A stretch of 64,000 bases of DNA, taken from the NCBI GenBank assembly GCA_963845515.1, contig CAWJSR010000015.1, positions 79,752-143,751 on the forward strand. Reading direction: 5' to 3'. This document shows, in pieces, positions 31,085-42,554 of this stretch. The notes beneath the pieces were generated by a model. The model did not search any database. It was not told where the DNA came from and saw only the letters and a program-made list of their open reading frames with translations. The number at the start of each line of letters is the position of its first letter. The first letter of the stretch is position 1. Source of the DNA: an uncultured delta proteobacterium (lineage in GTDB: Bacteria > Myxococcota > Myxococcia > Myxococcales > Anaeromyxobacteraceae). The translations under genes and the position numbers were made by a program.

Positions 31085-33133
31085 ATGCACGTCGAGTTGG
31101 CCTGGATGCTCGTCCTGGCGGTCGCCGTGACCGCGGGGATCGGCGCATTCCGCCTCTGGCGCGCCCGGCGCCCGGGGGGCCGACCTTCAGGCGCGCTCGG
31201 GGCTGGCGACACGAGGCTGCTCGAGCGACTCGAGGAGGCCTCACGGTACTTGAATGACGCCGTGATGATCGCCGGCCCCAACCAGGAACTCCTGCTCGCC
31301 AACGACCGCGCCCTCTCGCTGCTCGGATACTCCCGGGACGAGCTGCTCCGGATGAAGGTGCGGGAGCTGCGCGATCCGGCCACCCTCGGGGACTACGCCG
31401 ACCGCGTCCGCGAGCAGCGGGCCGAGGGCGCCGCACGCTTCGAGACACGCTTCCTCTGCAGGGACGGCAGCCGCCTCGCCGTGGAGGTGAGCATCCGGGT
31501 GTTCCACCTGGACGGGCAGCCGTATTACCAGGCGGCCATCCGCGACGTCACCGAGCGCAGGCGCCTGGAGGAGGCACTCCGCGCCAGCGAGGAGCGGCTG
31601 CGGGCGATCATCAAGACGGAGCCAGAGTGCGTGAAGGTCATCGCGCCGGACGGGACGCTCGTCGAGATGAACCCGTCTGGCCTCGCCATGCTCGAGGCCG
31701 ACTCCCTGGCCGCCGCCCAGGCGGTCTCCCTCATCGAGTTCGTCGATCCCGAGTACCGCCCCGCCTTCGTCGCGCTGTTCAAGACCGTGATGGGCGGGGG
31801 GAGCGGCCGCCTCCAGTTCGACGTCACCGGGCTCCGCGGCTCGCACCGCACGTTGGAGACCAACGCCGTCCCGTTGCGCGACGCGGACGGTCGCATCACC
31901 GGCCTGCTCGGCGTGACCCGGGACATCACGGAGCGGGTGCGGGCCGAGACGGCGCTGCGCCAGAGCATCACCGAGCAGCGCCGGCTCGAGGAGCAGCTGG
32001 CCCAGGCGCAGAAGCTGGAGAGCATCGGGCGGCTCGCCGGAGGCATCGCCCACGACTTCAACAACCTGCTCGTGGCGATCCTCGGCAACGTCGAGTTCCT
32101 GGAGGAGGGCATCCGCTCCGGCCAGGCGAGGGTGGAGGACCTGCAGGACATCCGGGCGGCCGGGGAGCGGGCTCGCGACCTCACGGCGCAGCTGCTCGCC
32201 GTCGCGCGGCGGCAGGTGATCGCCCCGCGCCAGCTCGACGTCGTCCAGCTGGTGCGGGAAGCCGAGAAGCTGCTCAGCCGGGTGATGAGAGAAGACGTCG
32301 CGATGGAGGTGATCCTCCCCGACGGGCTGTGGCCGATCCAGGGCGACGGCGGCCAGCTGCAGCAGGTCATCCTGAACCTGGCCGTGAACGCCCGGGACGC
32401 CATGCCGAAGGGCGGGCGCTTCACGCTGGAGGCCGCCAACGTCGAGCTGGACGATCGCTGGGCAGCGTCGCATTCCGGCGCCGCCGCCGGCCCCCACGTC
32501 CTGCTGCGGTTCAGCGACACCGGCGAGGGGATGACCGACCTGGTCAAGGCGCACCTCTTCGAGCCCTTCTTCACCACGAAGCCGGTCGGGCACGGCACCG
32601 GGCTCGGGCTCGCGACCGTGTACGGCATCGTGAAGCAGAGCGCCGGCTTCATCGAATGGGAGAGCGAGCCCGGGGCTGGGACCACCTTCCGCATCTACTT
32701 CCCGCGCGCCGCGAGAGGCGGGGCTGCAGCCGTGCCCCCGCTCGCGCGCCCCACCTTCCGAGGCACCGAGACCGTCCTCGTGGTCGAGGACGAGCCGGCC
32801 GTGCGGGAGATCGCCATGCGCTCACTCTCCGGCGCCGGCTACAAGGTGCTCGCGGCCGGGGGGGGGCCGCAGGCGCTGAAGCTGCTCGCAAGCCTGGACG
32901 AGCCCCTGCACCTGCTGCTCACCGACGTCGTCATGCCCGAGGTGTCCGGCAAGATGGTCGCCGAGGCCGCGAGCCGGCTCCAGCCGTCGACCCGCGTGCT
33001 CTACATGTCCGGCTACGCCAACGACGCCATCGCGCACCACGGCGTCCTGGAGCCCGGGTTGGAGCTGCTGACGAAGCCCTTCACGCCCTCCGGGCTGCTC
33101 GCGAAGGTGAGGGCGGTCCTCGACCTGGCGTAG
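31085..33133 (+). CDS. Hybrid PAS histidine kinase/response regulator
   Basis: Two PAS domains, GGIAHDFNNLL, NLAVNARDAM, FEPFFTTK..GTGLGL, receiver VLVVED/DVVMP/KPF. Confidence 0.92.
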   Translation: MHVELAWMLVLAVAVTAGIGAFRLWRARRPGGRPSGALGAGDTRLLERLEEASRYLNDAVMIAGPNQELLLANDRALSLLGYSRDELLRMKVRELRDPATLGDYADRVREQRAEGAARFETRFLCRDGSRLAVEVSIRVFHLDGQPYYQAAIRDVTERRRLEEALRASEERLRAIIKTEPECVKVIAPDGTLVEMNPSGLAMLEADSLAAAQAVSLIEFVDPEYRPAFVALFKTVMGGGSGRLQFDVTGLRGSHRTLETNAVPLRDADGRITGLLGVTRDITERVRAETALRQSITEQRRLEEQLAQAQKLESIGRLAGGIAHDFNNLLVAILGNVEFLEEGIRSGQARVEDLQDIRAAGERARDLTAQLLAVARRQVIAPRQLDVVQLVREAEKLLSRVMREDVAMEVILPDGLWPIQGDGGQLQQVILNLAVNARDAMPKGGRFTLEAANVELDDRWAASHSGAAAGPHVLLRFSDTGEGMTDLVKAHLFEPFFTTKPVGHGTGLGLATVYGIVKQSAGFIEWESEPGAGTTFRIYFPRAARGGAAAVPPLARPTFRGTETVLVVEDEPAVREIAMRSLSGAGYKVLAAGGGPQALKLLASLDEPLHLLLTDVVMPEVSGKMVAEAASRLQPSTRVLYMSGYANDAIAHHGVLEPGLELLTKPFTPSGLLAKVRAVLDLA

Positions 33134-33290
33134 GGTGGCCACGAGCCGCCTGCCTCACGACTGCGGCTGCGGCATCAAGCTGGCCGGCGCGCGTCGCCAA
33201 CGAAGATGGCGGCGACAATCCCCGACGCGCGATGGCGAAGACGAACGGAAGACGTCTAGGTCGGCTCATCGAAGGATGATGCCACACCAA

Positions 33291-33753
33291 GCGACGTGAG
33301 CTGCCGCCACCTGTCGGGCGGCATGAGGCGTCGCCTCCTCATCGCGAAGGCGCTGGTCCACGACCCCAGGGTGCTCTTCCTCGACGAGCCCACCGCCGGC
33401 GCTGGGAGATCCTGGCTGGCTTCGTCGGGGCGGCGGTGGTGAGGGGCCTGCTCATCGGCCTCGTCACCTGGCTGGTGGCGGGGCTCTTCACCGGCTTCGA
33501 GGTGGCCCACCCGGTCCTGACGCTCGCCATGCTTGTCCTGGTGGCGGTGATCTTCGCCGGCCTGGGGGTGGCCTCCGCCATATGGGCCCAGACCTTCGAG
33601 CAGGTTCTACATGGTGGACGCGGTCCGCTTCGGGATGCTGGGCATCTCCGACGCACCGCCGGCCGCCAGCGCGGCGCTGGTGGCGTTCCTGGCCTCGGTG
33701 CGCTGATCGGCCCCTACCTCCTGCTCCGGTCCGGTTGGCGCCTGCGCGGGTAG
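33291..33753 (+). pseudogene. Internally deleted copy of the ABC ATPase/permease pair at 47638-48754
   Basis: Matches 47638-47746, ~48289-48492 and ~48605-48751 joined together, with scattered SNPs. Confidence 0.9.
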
Positions 33754-33778
33754 CGCTACGCTGCGGCACGCAGCTTCG

Positions 33779-36335
33779 TTAACCGGCTTCCGCGTCAGGA
33801 GGCGTTCCATCCTCGCCGACACCACCCGGCCGTCGGCGTCCAGCCCGAGGAACGCGACCCCCGCCTGTCGCAACTCCGCGGGCCACGGCCCGTCGAACCA
33901 GAGGTTCCCGACGGAATAGAAGACCGGAACGCCAGCCGACGCTCTCCTGCGTCTGGATAGCGTGCGGCCCGCTGCCGACGACCGCGTCGGCCCCTTGCTC
34001 CACGAACCAGCGCGCCCATCGGCGCTGCTCGTCGGTAATCCGTGCCGTCCCTTCTGCGCCCCAGTGCGGTAGGACGACGACCGTCCGCCCCTGCCGATGC
34101 GCGTCGGCGATCGCCTCTGCCACCTGCTTCGCGTGCCCCGGCAGCGCTGCGACGCCCGCCTCGCGCCGGCCCAGCAGCGAGCAGGTCGGGGTCGGTCAGC
34201 GTGACGGAGACGAAGGCGACCTCCATCCGGTTCACCTTCGCGGGCCACGGGGCGATCGCCGCCGAGACGTCCTCGCCGGCGCCGAAGCGTCCGATGCCTT
34301 CTTCGAGGAGCGCGCGGAGCGTCCCCGTGAGTCCCTCCTCCCCGAAGTCACCCGCGTGGTTGTTCGCGAGCGAGACGGCGCGGATCCCGGCCGCGCGCAG
34401 TTCGGCGAGCCGCGAAGGCATGACCTGGAGGTCGTAGCGCTTGTCCGCCGCTTGCCCACCGCTCCCCACTGTCGTCTCCAGATTGGCGACCGCGAAATCC
34501 GCGCGCCCGAGAAGGTCACGGAGAAGTGCAGGCGCCGCTCCGCTCTCGCCGGGCATCACGTCGCCCCCCACAGCGATCCAGCTCACGGCCTCGCGCGACG
34601 GGCCCAGGTAGAGGTCGAAGCGCTTCTGGGCGCGCCCCTCGACCAGGCGAGCGAGCGAGATGACCTCGGGGGCGCCACCGAGGTGATGGATCACCAGGTC
34701 CTCGGGTCCTAGCGTGCCGACAGGCGCCCGGTCCTCCCAGAGCGCCGCTACGTGGGAACCCAGATGGACGACGAGGCCGCGCGAGGCGGCGTCAGGTGGA
34801 ATGGCGACGCGATCCGTGTCGCGCGCGCCCTCGGCCACCCTTACGAGGTGGCGGCGGAGCTGCGCGGGATTGCTCCAGGGCATCCGCAGGCCGCTTCGGC
34901 GCCACGCGTAGACGAGGAAGTTCGCGCAGTCGTTCCCGACCCCGGTGTCGGGGCCGCGAAGGCCGCCGCGTCGCAGGAATCCTGCCCCGAAGACGTACGG
35001 GAGGCCGAACTGCTCCGCGAGCCCGCCGCGGAAGCCGTCGCCACCTCCCCTTCGGATCTCCACCCGGGCGGTGTGCGCGACGCCGTCGTCAGTCTCGACC
35101 TCGGCCGAGAGCCGCAGCACGCCCGTACGGTCCGGCCCGGGAAGGGCGGCCATCCAGCGTTCCGAAGGGAGCGATAGGGAGCTGGTGCGAGCGAGCGCCG
35201 CTGGCTCGAACTCCACGATGGGCGGCGCAGCGCCGGCGAACACCTTCCCGGCCGGCAGGTCGGGGAGCACGTTGTAGCTCCACGCCTTCGGAGTCCACCG
35301 GAGCCAGGTCACGCGGCGAACCCGTCCCGGCAGCCCGCCCTCGATGCGCAGGTCGTGCGCCTCGTCCGGCCTGGGTCGGAGGACTCCGTCGGCCCCCGCA
35401 TCCACCCCGTCGAGCGCTACGCGCCACTCGCCCGTCTCTGCCCTCCAACGCGAGAGGAGCTCGCTCCAGCGCGTGGGGTCCAACCGGACGTCGAGCCGAT
35501 CTGCGTTCGCCAGAAGGAGGCTGCGCAGCTCGGGTGAGACCGTCTCCGGGTCGAACCTCGGCGGCTCCCGGCGCTGCAGATAGAGCTCCTTCGCACGCTC
35601 GGAGCGATCCGGCCCCTCGATCCCCCACGGCTCTAGCCGGATCGAGGCGTGGGGAATCGTCATCGCGGCATGCAGCGCCATCAACAGGAGGCGTGAGGCC
35701 TCCGCGGCGTCGGCGAGCCACGGCCGCGAGACGGCGAAGGAGATCGCCGAAAGCCGCGGGAGGCGGACCACCCTGGTCCAGACCTCGGAGAAGCGCGTTC
35801 CCTGCTCTGCCGGTGCGAGCCCCGCAAAAGCGTCGAGGTCGATGCTCGCCACCAAGGGGAGCTCGCCTGAGAGAAGGCTCTCGAGGGCGTCGAGGCGCAC
35901 CGCTTCGACCCCGTCCGGAAGGCGCGCGGCCCGGTCGTCGCCGCCGCCCTGCCGCACCCATATGACCCTCGCGATTGGCGATGGCATGAGCGGCAGGATC
36001 CAGTCGAACGACTGGAGGTCACCTGCGCGCCGCCAACCGGCCACGCGCGCCTGGCGCTCCTCGGGGGACGCGACGCGGCGAAGTCCCTCGCGGAGCCGTC
36101 CCGGGTCGCGCGGCGTCGAGGAGTCGGAGTGGGCGTCCACGAGGACAAGGACGTGCGGCTGTTCGAGGTCGAGCGCCTCCGCGAGGAACTGGAAGGTCCC
36201 CGCGTGGTTGTCCTCGACGTAGATCGGCAGCGGTCCCTGCGGGTCCCGGGAGACCGCGGGCCCGGCGGCGACGAGCGCGAGTGCGGTGAAGCTAGCGAGC
36301 CGGTTGAACCGCCGGCTTCGCGGCGAGCCGGTCAT
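33779..36335 (-). CDS. Exported fusion: UPF0489/arginase-like + NlpC/P60-like + CapA metallophosphatase (frameshifts near 34150 and 33930; 3' end uncertain)
   Basis: VLVDAHSD/SIDLDAF; LPYVFG..NDCANF..SHVA; GGDVM, ANLET, SLANNHAGDFG, PHWG, GPH, FYSVGN. Confidence 0.7.
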
Positions 36336-37668
36336 ACAACACCACCCCGGAGATGCATGTGTCGTCGTACTTCGTCCCTCTGCGGACCTCTAGGATCGTG
36401 ATCTTCAGACCGGTGACCGGCTTGTCGTAGCCGATGACCGGGATCAGCTGGGAGTAGGGCTTGTCAGCCAATTCGGCGGTGAAGCGGTGCTCACCGTTCA
36501 AGAGGACTTCCACGCGGGCGGGGCGTGCGTTCACCTCGAAGAGCGCCTTCTTCTTCTGTGACCAGAAGCCAGGCGTGATCTCGAGCGCGAGGAGCCGGCT
36601 CGGTCTAGTCGGGGTGAGCTCTACCCACTCCCCGATTCCGAGGCCCGGGACCCCGTCGCACCACGGGGCCACCGGCTCCGCCTCAGCGAGGTGCCGCGCG
36701 CGGAAGTCGTGGTCCTTCGCCGGGGCCAGAGTGGAACTCGCCCTCGCCTTGAAGCGTTGATGCCCCTCACCCCAAGCGCCCATTCGCTCCAGGTAGCTTC
36801 GAACGCCCTTCTCCATCAGGGCCTCGTACACGAAGCCCTGCCTGAAGTAGCCGGGGGCGGCCTTTATGGAGATGTCGTCCGCGAGCGTCGGCTCGAGGTC
36901 CTGGAACGTCCAAGTCCACCGACCGCCGTCGCGCTTGAAGCTCTCGCGGGGAGCGATGATCTCGACTTCGTCGGCGGGGGTGCCGTCGGCGGTGACCGTG
37001 ACCGTGCCCCTGCCGATGCTTCCATTCCAGACGGCACCCGTGGAGAGGCGATAGACGAAGGACAGGGGCGACTTGCGAGTGTCGTCGCTGACGTACATGA
37101 CGTCGCCCATGTAGTCGGCCGAGTAGCGGATCTCGATGTTCAGGCTGGCTGAGGTGGGAAACGTCACCTCCGAAACCATCCAGCCCGCGATCTTCTTCAG
37201 GGCGCCAGAGCCTGGAAACGGGGTGATTCTTCCCGTCGCGAACGGCTCCACCTCGAAGACGGACTTTACCGGCGCGCCGTCGAGCGCGACCGAGTAGCCC
37301 TTCAACTGCTGGATGCCCTGCACCAGGCGCTGCCGACGCTGCGCCGGAGTCAGCGAGTCGAGGTCCTCGAAGCCCGTCTCCTCGCCGTCAGCGAGAGCCG
37401 TCGCCTCCACGGGGAATCCGAACCGGACGGTGACCGGCTCCGACGTGAGGTTCTGCATCGCGTATCGAACGACGACCGCCGCCTCGGCGCGGTGCAGGAC
37501 GATGTCGAGCTTCTCCTCCAGGATGCGAACCTTCTCCGTACCGACCGCCTGGAAGGGCGCGAGGCTGCCGGTGAATGAGACGCCGAAGGAGTACCCGCCG
37601 CCGTTGGCGAGGGCGCTGCCAGCCCAGAGCAGGGGGAGCAGGACCGACCACCGGTGTGCTCGGCTCAT
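36292..37668 (-). CDS. Exported protein, DUF4424-like N-terminus and discoidin/NADase-type glycan-binding C-terminus
   Basis: Signal peptide, YRLSTGAVWNGSIG, WCDGVPGLGIGEWVEL, GTKYDDTCIS. Confidence 0.6.
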   Translation of the reverse strand: MSRAHRWSVLLPLLWAGSALANGGGYSFGVSFTGSLAPFQAVGTEKVRILEEKLDIVLHRAEAAVVVRYAMQNLTSEPVTVRFGFPVEATALADGEETGFEDLDSLTPAQRRQRLVQGIQQLKGYSVALDGAPVKSVFEVEPFATGRITPFPGSGALKKIAGWMVSEVTFPTSASLNIEIRYSADYMGDVMYVSDDTRKSPLSFVYRLSTGAVWNGSIGRGTVTVTADGTPADEVEIIAPRESFKRDGGRWTWTFQDLEPTLADDISIKAAPGYFRQGFVYEALMEKGVRSYLERMGAWGEGHQRFKARASSTLAPAKDHDFRARHLAEAEPVAPWCDGVPGLGIGEWVELTPTRPSRLLALEITPGFWSQKKKALFEVNARPARVEVLLNGEHRFTAELADKPYSQLIPVIGYDKPVTGLKITILEVRRGTKYDDTCISGVVLYDRLAAKPAVQPAR

Positions 37669-37805
37669 CGATGACTCTCCCAAAGATTGGCGAAGGTTCA
37701 AGGTTCGTCAGCAGGCAACGCGCGAGTCTACTCTGGGAGCAGTGAAGTGGAAGTTCAGACGGGATGAACCTCGGGCTCCTAACCCCCGCCCGGACCTGGG
37801 CCAGC

Positions 37806-38483
37806 TCAACGCCCGAGCCTTCGAACCCCCGTGCGAACGACCCTCTCCGCTTCGAGCATCTCTTCCACCGACAGCTCGAACTTCCTGTCGGGACGCGCGC
37901 CCCTCCAGGCGAACTCGCGCCACAGCGCGAGCACCGCGGGTCCCTGTCCGCGGAAGCGTGTGCGGCGGTCGAGCTCGCGAGTCCAGGTGAGCAACGCTAG
38001 GGCGCGGCTGAGCGGCGTAGCCTGATCGAGCAGCGGCTCCAGCTCCGCCCGGAAGAGGGCCAGCCCCTCCTCGGCGGCCAGCTCCTCCAGGCAGTCGACC
38101 TTCAGCTGCTCGGCGAGCCGACGGTCCTCGCCGGACGGCGTGCGCGCCCTGAGGTTGGGGACCGCGACTAGATAGGTGCAGAAGCCGCAGGGGCAGCCGT
38201 CGCTCACCCGCTTCGTCGAGGCGAGCACGAAGGAGGTCGTCAGGTACGAGGCGAAGAGGTGGGCGAGCGGCTCGAGCCCTCTCTCGGGCGGCCGCGCGTC
38301 CACGGGGAGCGCGCTCGCGTTTCGCCGCAACCACTCGACGGCGGCTGCGCCCGCGTCGAGTGAGCCGTGCATGGCCCCCAGGCGCAAACTTCCGGACTGC
38401 ACCCTTGCGTTGACCCATCGAAGCAGGGCGTAGCTGCGCCGCTGCAGGTCGAGGAGCTCGTCGAGCCTTTCGCGCGTGAACAT
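37806..38483 (-). CDS. Hypothetical protein with CPCGFC motif
   Basis: 225-aa ORF 27 bp downstream of rtcA, same strand. Confidence 0.6.
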   Translation of the reverse strand: MFTRERLDELLDLQRRSYALLRWVNARVQSGSLRLGAMHGSLDAGAAAVEWLRRNASALPVDARPPERGLEPLAHLFASYLTTSFVLASTKRVSDGCPCGFCTYLVAVPNLRARTPSGEDRRLAEQLKVDCLEELAAEEGLALFRAELEPLLDQATPLSRALALLTWTRELDRRTRFRGQGPAVLALWREFAWRGARPDRKFELSVEEMLEAERVVRTGVRRLGR

Positions 38484-38509
38484 GATGATCCCCCTGGAAG
38501 ACTCGTCGA

Positions 38510-39541
38510 TCAGCGCCGCGCCGGAACCTCGATCTCCCAGGCGTCCTCCCCGACCTCGCTCGCCTGGATCTCCGAGCCCAGGAAGGTCCGGAGCAGCTCG
38601 ACGTGCGTCCGCGTGTGGCCCGTCGGCTTCGTGGTGCGGAACCGCCCGCCGCCGCCGAGCGCCATCGGCAGGAGGAGCTGGTCGGCGAGGTGGCTTCCCA
38701 CCGGGACCCCTGCCGCCAGGTACGCCGCCGCCTCCCCGGCGACCCGCGCCCCCACCTGCTCGGCCGAGACTCCCCTCTCGCCGAAGCCGGTGAAGAGCTC
38801 AGTCACGTTGGCGCTCTCGAGCTCCACGCAGACCACGTTGCCCGGGCCCACTGCCTTCGCGACCGACTCGACGTGGCAGGTGGACTCGTCCCACCCGAGC
38901 CGCTCGCGGACCGCCTTCAGCTCCCGCTCGGCGATCGTCCTCGGGAGGAGCGCCACGACGGCGGTCGCCTTGCGCGCACGGAGCTCGCCTCGCTCGACGA
39001 GCTCGAGTCGCCCGAACGCGGGCGCGGCCTCGATGGCGACGGCGAACCGGCCTCCACCGGCCGGGTAGAACCCGGGCTGCTCGAGCGTCGCGGTGCAGCG
39101 CGGCCCCATCCGGGCGACGAGCGGGAGGAACGCGCGCGCGAGGAAGTCGAAGGGCGGCGCCATCGGGTTGTGCGTCCCACCCTCGACCGTGACGGTCGAG
39201 TAACCCTTCGAGAGCGCGAGCGCTGGGAAGATCGTCTGGAAGACGAGCGTCGCGCTCCCCGCGGTCCCAACCGAGAAGCGGAAGTCGCCGCTCCGAACCG
39301 GTCCGGGCTCGAAGGTGAGGTCGCGCGCCCCGATGTCCGCACCCTTCACGTGAGCCTGGCCCACCGTCGCCGCGGCCTGCACGGCGGTGAGGTGCTGGCG
39401 CATGAGGCCGGGGCGCTTGCGCCCGGCGCGGATGTTCACGATCCGGAACGGCGTCCCGGTGACCAGGGAGAGGGCGAGCGCCGAGCGCAGGACCTGCCCG
39501 CCCCCCTCCCCGTTCGCGCCGTCGATCTCGATCATCGCCAT
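38510..39541 (-). CDS. rtcA: RNA 3'-terminal phosphate cyclase
   Basis: IDGANGEGGGQVLRSAL, RPGLMRQHL, GTAGS, GGTHNPMAP, GFYPAGGG, HLADQLLLP. Confidence 0.95.
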   Translation of the reverse strand: MAMIEIDGANGEGGGQVLRSALALSLVTGTPFRIVNIRAGRKRPGLMRQHLTAVQAAATVGQAHVKGADIGARDLTFEPGPVRSGDFRFSVGTAGSATLVFQTIFPALALSKGYSTVTVEGGTHNPMAPPFDFLARAFLPLVARMGPRCTATLEQPGFYPAGGGRFAVAIEAAPAFGRLELVERGELRARKATAVVALLPRTIAERELKAVRERLGWDESTCHVESVAKAVGPGNVVCVELESANVTELFTGFGERGVSAEQVGARVAGEAAAYLAAGVPVGSHLADQLLLPMALGGGGRFRTTKPTGHTRTHVELLRTFLGSEIQASEVGEDAWEIEVPARR

Positions 39542-39543
39542 GG

Positions 39544-40796
39544 CTACCCCTTCACGCAGACGACCTGGCGCAGCGTGTGGAGGACCTCGACAAGGTCCCG
39601 CTGCGCGTTCATCACCGCGTCGATCGACTTGTACGCGCCCGGCGTCTCGTCGATCACGTCGGCGTCCTTGCGGCACTCGATCCCCGCCGTCGCGCGGACG
39701 TGGTCGTCGAGCGTGAACGCCTTCTTCGCCGCGGTGCGGGACATCGCGCGCCCCGCGCCGTGGCTGCAGCTCGTGAACGACTCGGCGTTCCCGAGGCCGC
39801 GGATGATGAACGAGCGGGCGCCCATGGAGCCCGGAATGATCCCGGCGTCGCCGAGCCGCGCGCGCACCGCCCCCTTCCGCGTCACGAGGACGTTCTTCCC
39901 GAAGTGGCTCTCCCGCGCGACGTAGTTGTGGTGGCAGTTGACCCGCTCGCCCTCCAGCTCGAAGGCCGGCAGGTGACCCGAGCGCGCCAGCGCCGAGACG
40001 ATCGCGTCGAGCATCAGCTCCCGGTTCGTCGCCGCGTACTCCTGCGCCCACGTCGCGGCGTGCAGGTAGTCCTCGAACTGATCGGTTCCCTCCGGCAACC
40101 AGGCCAGGTCGGGATCCGGAAGGTCGAGGAACCAGCGCCGCGCCTCGCGCTTCGCCAGCGCCACGAAGTCGGTCCCGATCCGGTTCCCGACGCCGCGCGA
40201 GCCGGAGTGGAGCATCACCCAGACCTGGTCGGCCTCGTCGAGGCAGAGCTCGATGAAGTGGTTTCCGGTGCCGAGCGTTCCGAGCTGCTCGATCGTCGGG
40301 CCGCGGTCGATCTTCGGGTACTTCGCGACGATGGCCCGGTACCCGGCCTCGAGCTTCGCCCAGGCCCCGCGCACCGGCGCCGGCGGATTGCCCCACGCAC
40401 CCTTGTCGCCACGGCCGCCATGGTTGGTGCGGCCGTGCGGCACCGCGCGCTCGATGGCGTCACGCAGCGGGCTTGAGATCAGCAGGAAGGTCGCGACGCG
40501 CGCAGCGTCGTCCGGACCGCCATCATCCCGCAGCCGATGTCGACGCCGACCGCCGACGGCATCACTGCGCCGGTCGTCGCGATGACGCTCCCCACCGTCG
40601 CACCGAGCCCCGCGTGGACGTCGGGCATCACCGCGACCCACTTGTAGACGAACGGGAGGGAGGCGACGCGACGGACCTGCTCGCGCGCCTTCTCCTCGAA
40701 CGGGACGCCGACGGTCCAGGACCGCACGGGGACTCCGCCGGGGACGTTCTCGATCTCGTGGGTGCGCTCGCTCTGGGTCGTCATCGCGTTCTCCAT
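39544..40796 (-). CDS. rtcB: RNA ligase RtcB (indels near 40470-40495)
   Basis: MPDVHAG, VGVDIGCG, LGTLGTGNHF, LHSGSRG, CHHNY, RKGA, PGSMG, SCSHGAGR, DETPGAYK. Confidence 0.95.
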
Positions 40797-40809
40797 GCCC
40801 GTTCACCAG

Positions 40810-40825
40810 AGCAGCCGGCGTGCCA
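40810..40825 (-). promoter_or_regulatory. Sigma-54 promoter of rtcB-rtcA
   Basis: Minus strand TGGCACGCCGGCTGCT (GG-N10-GC), just upstream of rtcB and divergent from rtcR. Confidence 0.85.
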
Positions 40826-40886
40826 GCGTCGCCGGCGGATTCTACGAGGAGTTTCGCGGGTCCGTCGGAGCCGTCGCGCGCGCCTT

Positions 40887-40900
40887 TATCTCGTCAGATA
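40887..40900. promoter_or_regulatory. Putative RtcR upstream activating site
   Basis: Palindrome TATCT-CGTC-AGATA, 62 bp from the sigma-54 site. Confidence 0.6.
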
Positions 40901-40920
40901 GTGCTGCTAGTCCTTGGGAT

Positions 40921-42533
40921 ATGGCTCGCCGCAAGAAGGTCGTCATCGGGCTCCTCGGCACCACGCTCGACCTGGGCAAGCAGTCGCAGCGCTGGGACCG
41001 CTGGCGCCCCACCGTCGCGCTCTGCCAGCACGAGGACCTGCTCGTGGACCGGCTGGAGCTCCTCTCCTCCCGGCGCTACGCCTCCCTCGCCAAGCGGGTC
41101 ACCGACGACATCCGGCAGGTCTCCCCCGAGACCGAGGTGGTCCACCGGGAGCTCGAGTTCGAGGACGCCTGGGACCTCGAGGAGGTCTACGGCTCGCTCT
41201 TCGACTTCGCGCGCGCCTACCCGTGGGCGCCCGAGAAGGAGGACTACTTCGTCCACATCACGACCGGCACCCACATCGCGCAGATCTCGATGTTCCTCCT
41301 CGCCGAGGCGCACCACATCCCGGCGCGGCTCCTCCAGACCTCGCCGCCGACCCGCGGGCAGACTGGAGTGGCGGGGACCTACGCGATCATCGACCTCGAC
41401 CTCTCCAAGTACGACCGGATCGCCGCCCGCTTCCGTCGCGAGCAGAAGGAGGGGCTCTCCTTCCTCAAGTCCGGCATCGACACCCGCAACGCCGCCTTCA
41501 ACCGCGCTCATCGAGCGGATCGAGCAGGTGGCGATCCGCTCGCGGGATCCGCTGCTGCTCATGGGGCCGACCGGCGCCGGCAAGTCGCAGCTCGCGCGGC
41601 GGATCTACGAGCTGAAGAAGGGCGCGACGCCAGGTGGCCGGGGAGTTCGTGGAGGTCAACTGCGCCACGCTACGCGGCGACGGCGCCATGAGCGCCCTCT
41701 TCGGCCACGTGAAGGGGGCCTTCACCGGCGCGCGTCGGCGACCGGCCGGGGCTCCTTCGCAAGGCGGACGGCGGCATCCTCTTCCTCGACGAGATCGGCG
41801 AGCTCGGGTCCGACGAGCAGGCGATGCTGCTGCGCGCCGTCGAGGAGAAGGCCTTCTTCCCGGTCGGCTCGGACCGCGAGGTCCGGAGCGACTTCCAGCT
41901 CATCGCCGGCACCAACCGCGACCTGCGCCGCGACGTGGAGCAGGGGCGCTTCCGCGAGGACCTGCTCGCCCGCATCGACCTCTGGGCGTTCCGGCTCCCC
42001 GGGCTTCGCGATCGGCCGGAGGACATCGCGCCGAACCTCGAGTACGAGCTCGACCGCTGGGCCCAGGCGAGCGGCGAGGCGGTGACCTTCAGCCGCGAGG
42101 CGCGCGAGCGGTTCCTCGCCTTCGCGGGCGGGCGCGACGCGCTCTGGACCGGCAACTTCCGGGACTTCAACGCGGCCGTCCGCCGGATGTCGACGCTCGC
42201 CTCGGGCGGCCGGATCACCGGGGAGATCGTCGACGAGGAGATCGCCCGGCTGCGCGAGGCGTGGCGGCGCGACGGGTCGCCACCCGGTGGCGGGCTGGTG
42301 GACGAGCTGCTCGGCGTGCGCGCGCAGCGGAGGTCGATCCGTTCGACCGGGTCCAGCTCGAGGAGGTGCTGCGCGTCTGCCGGAGCGCGCGGTCGCTCTC
42401 GGACGCGGGGCGAACGCTCTTCGCGGTGTCGCGGACGAAGAAGAGCTCCTCCAACGACGCCGACCGGCTGCGGAAGTACCTGGCGCGCTACGGGCTGGCG
42501 TGGAAGGACGTGGCGGGCGAGGCCGGCGGGTGA
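40921..42533 (+). CDS. rtcR: Sigma-54-dependent RNA-repair activator RtcR (several frameshifts)
   Basis: RWDRWRPTV, DAWDLEEVY, HITTGTH, GPTGAGKS, FGHVKGAFTGA, FLDEIGE, NDADRLRKYL. Confidence 0.92.
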
Positions 42534-42554
42534 GGGCGGACGGCTCGCGCGGGA

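Noticed and set aside
40460..42340. Programmed frameshifting in rtcB/rtcR
   Set aside because: Several scattered indels without slippery sites; error or decay is more likely
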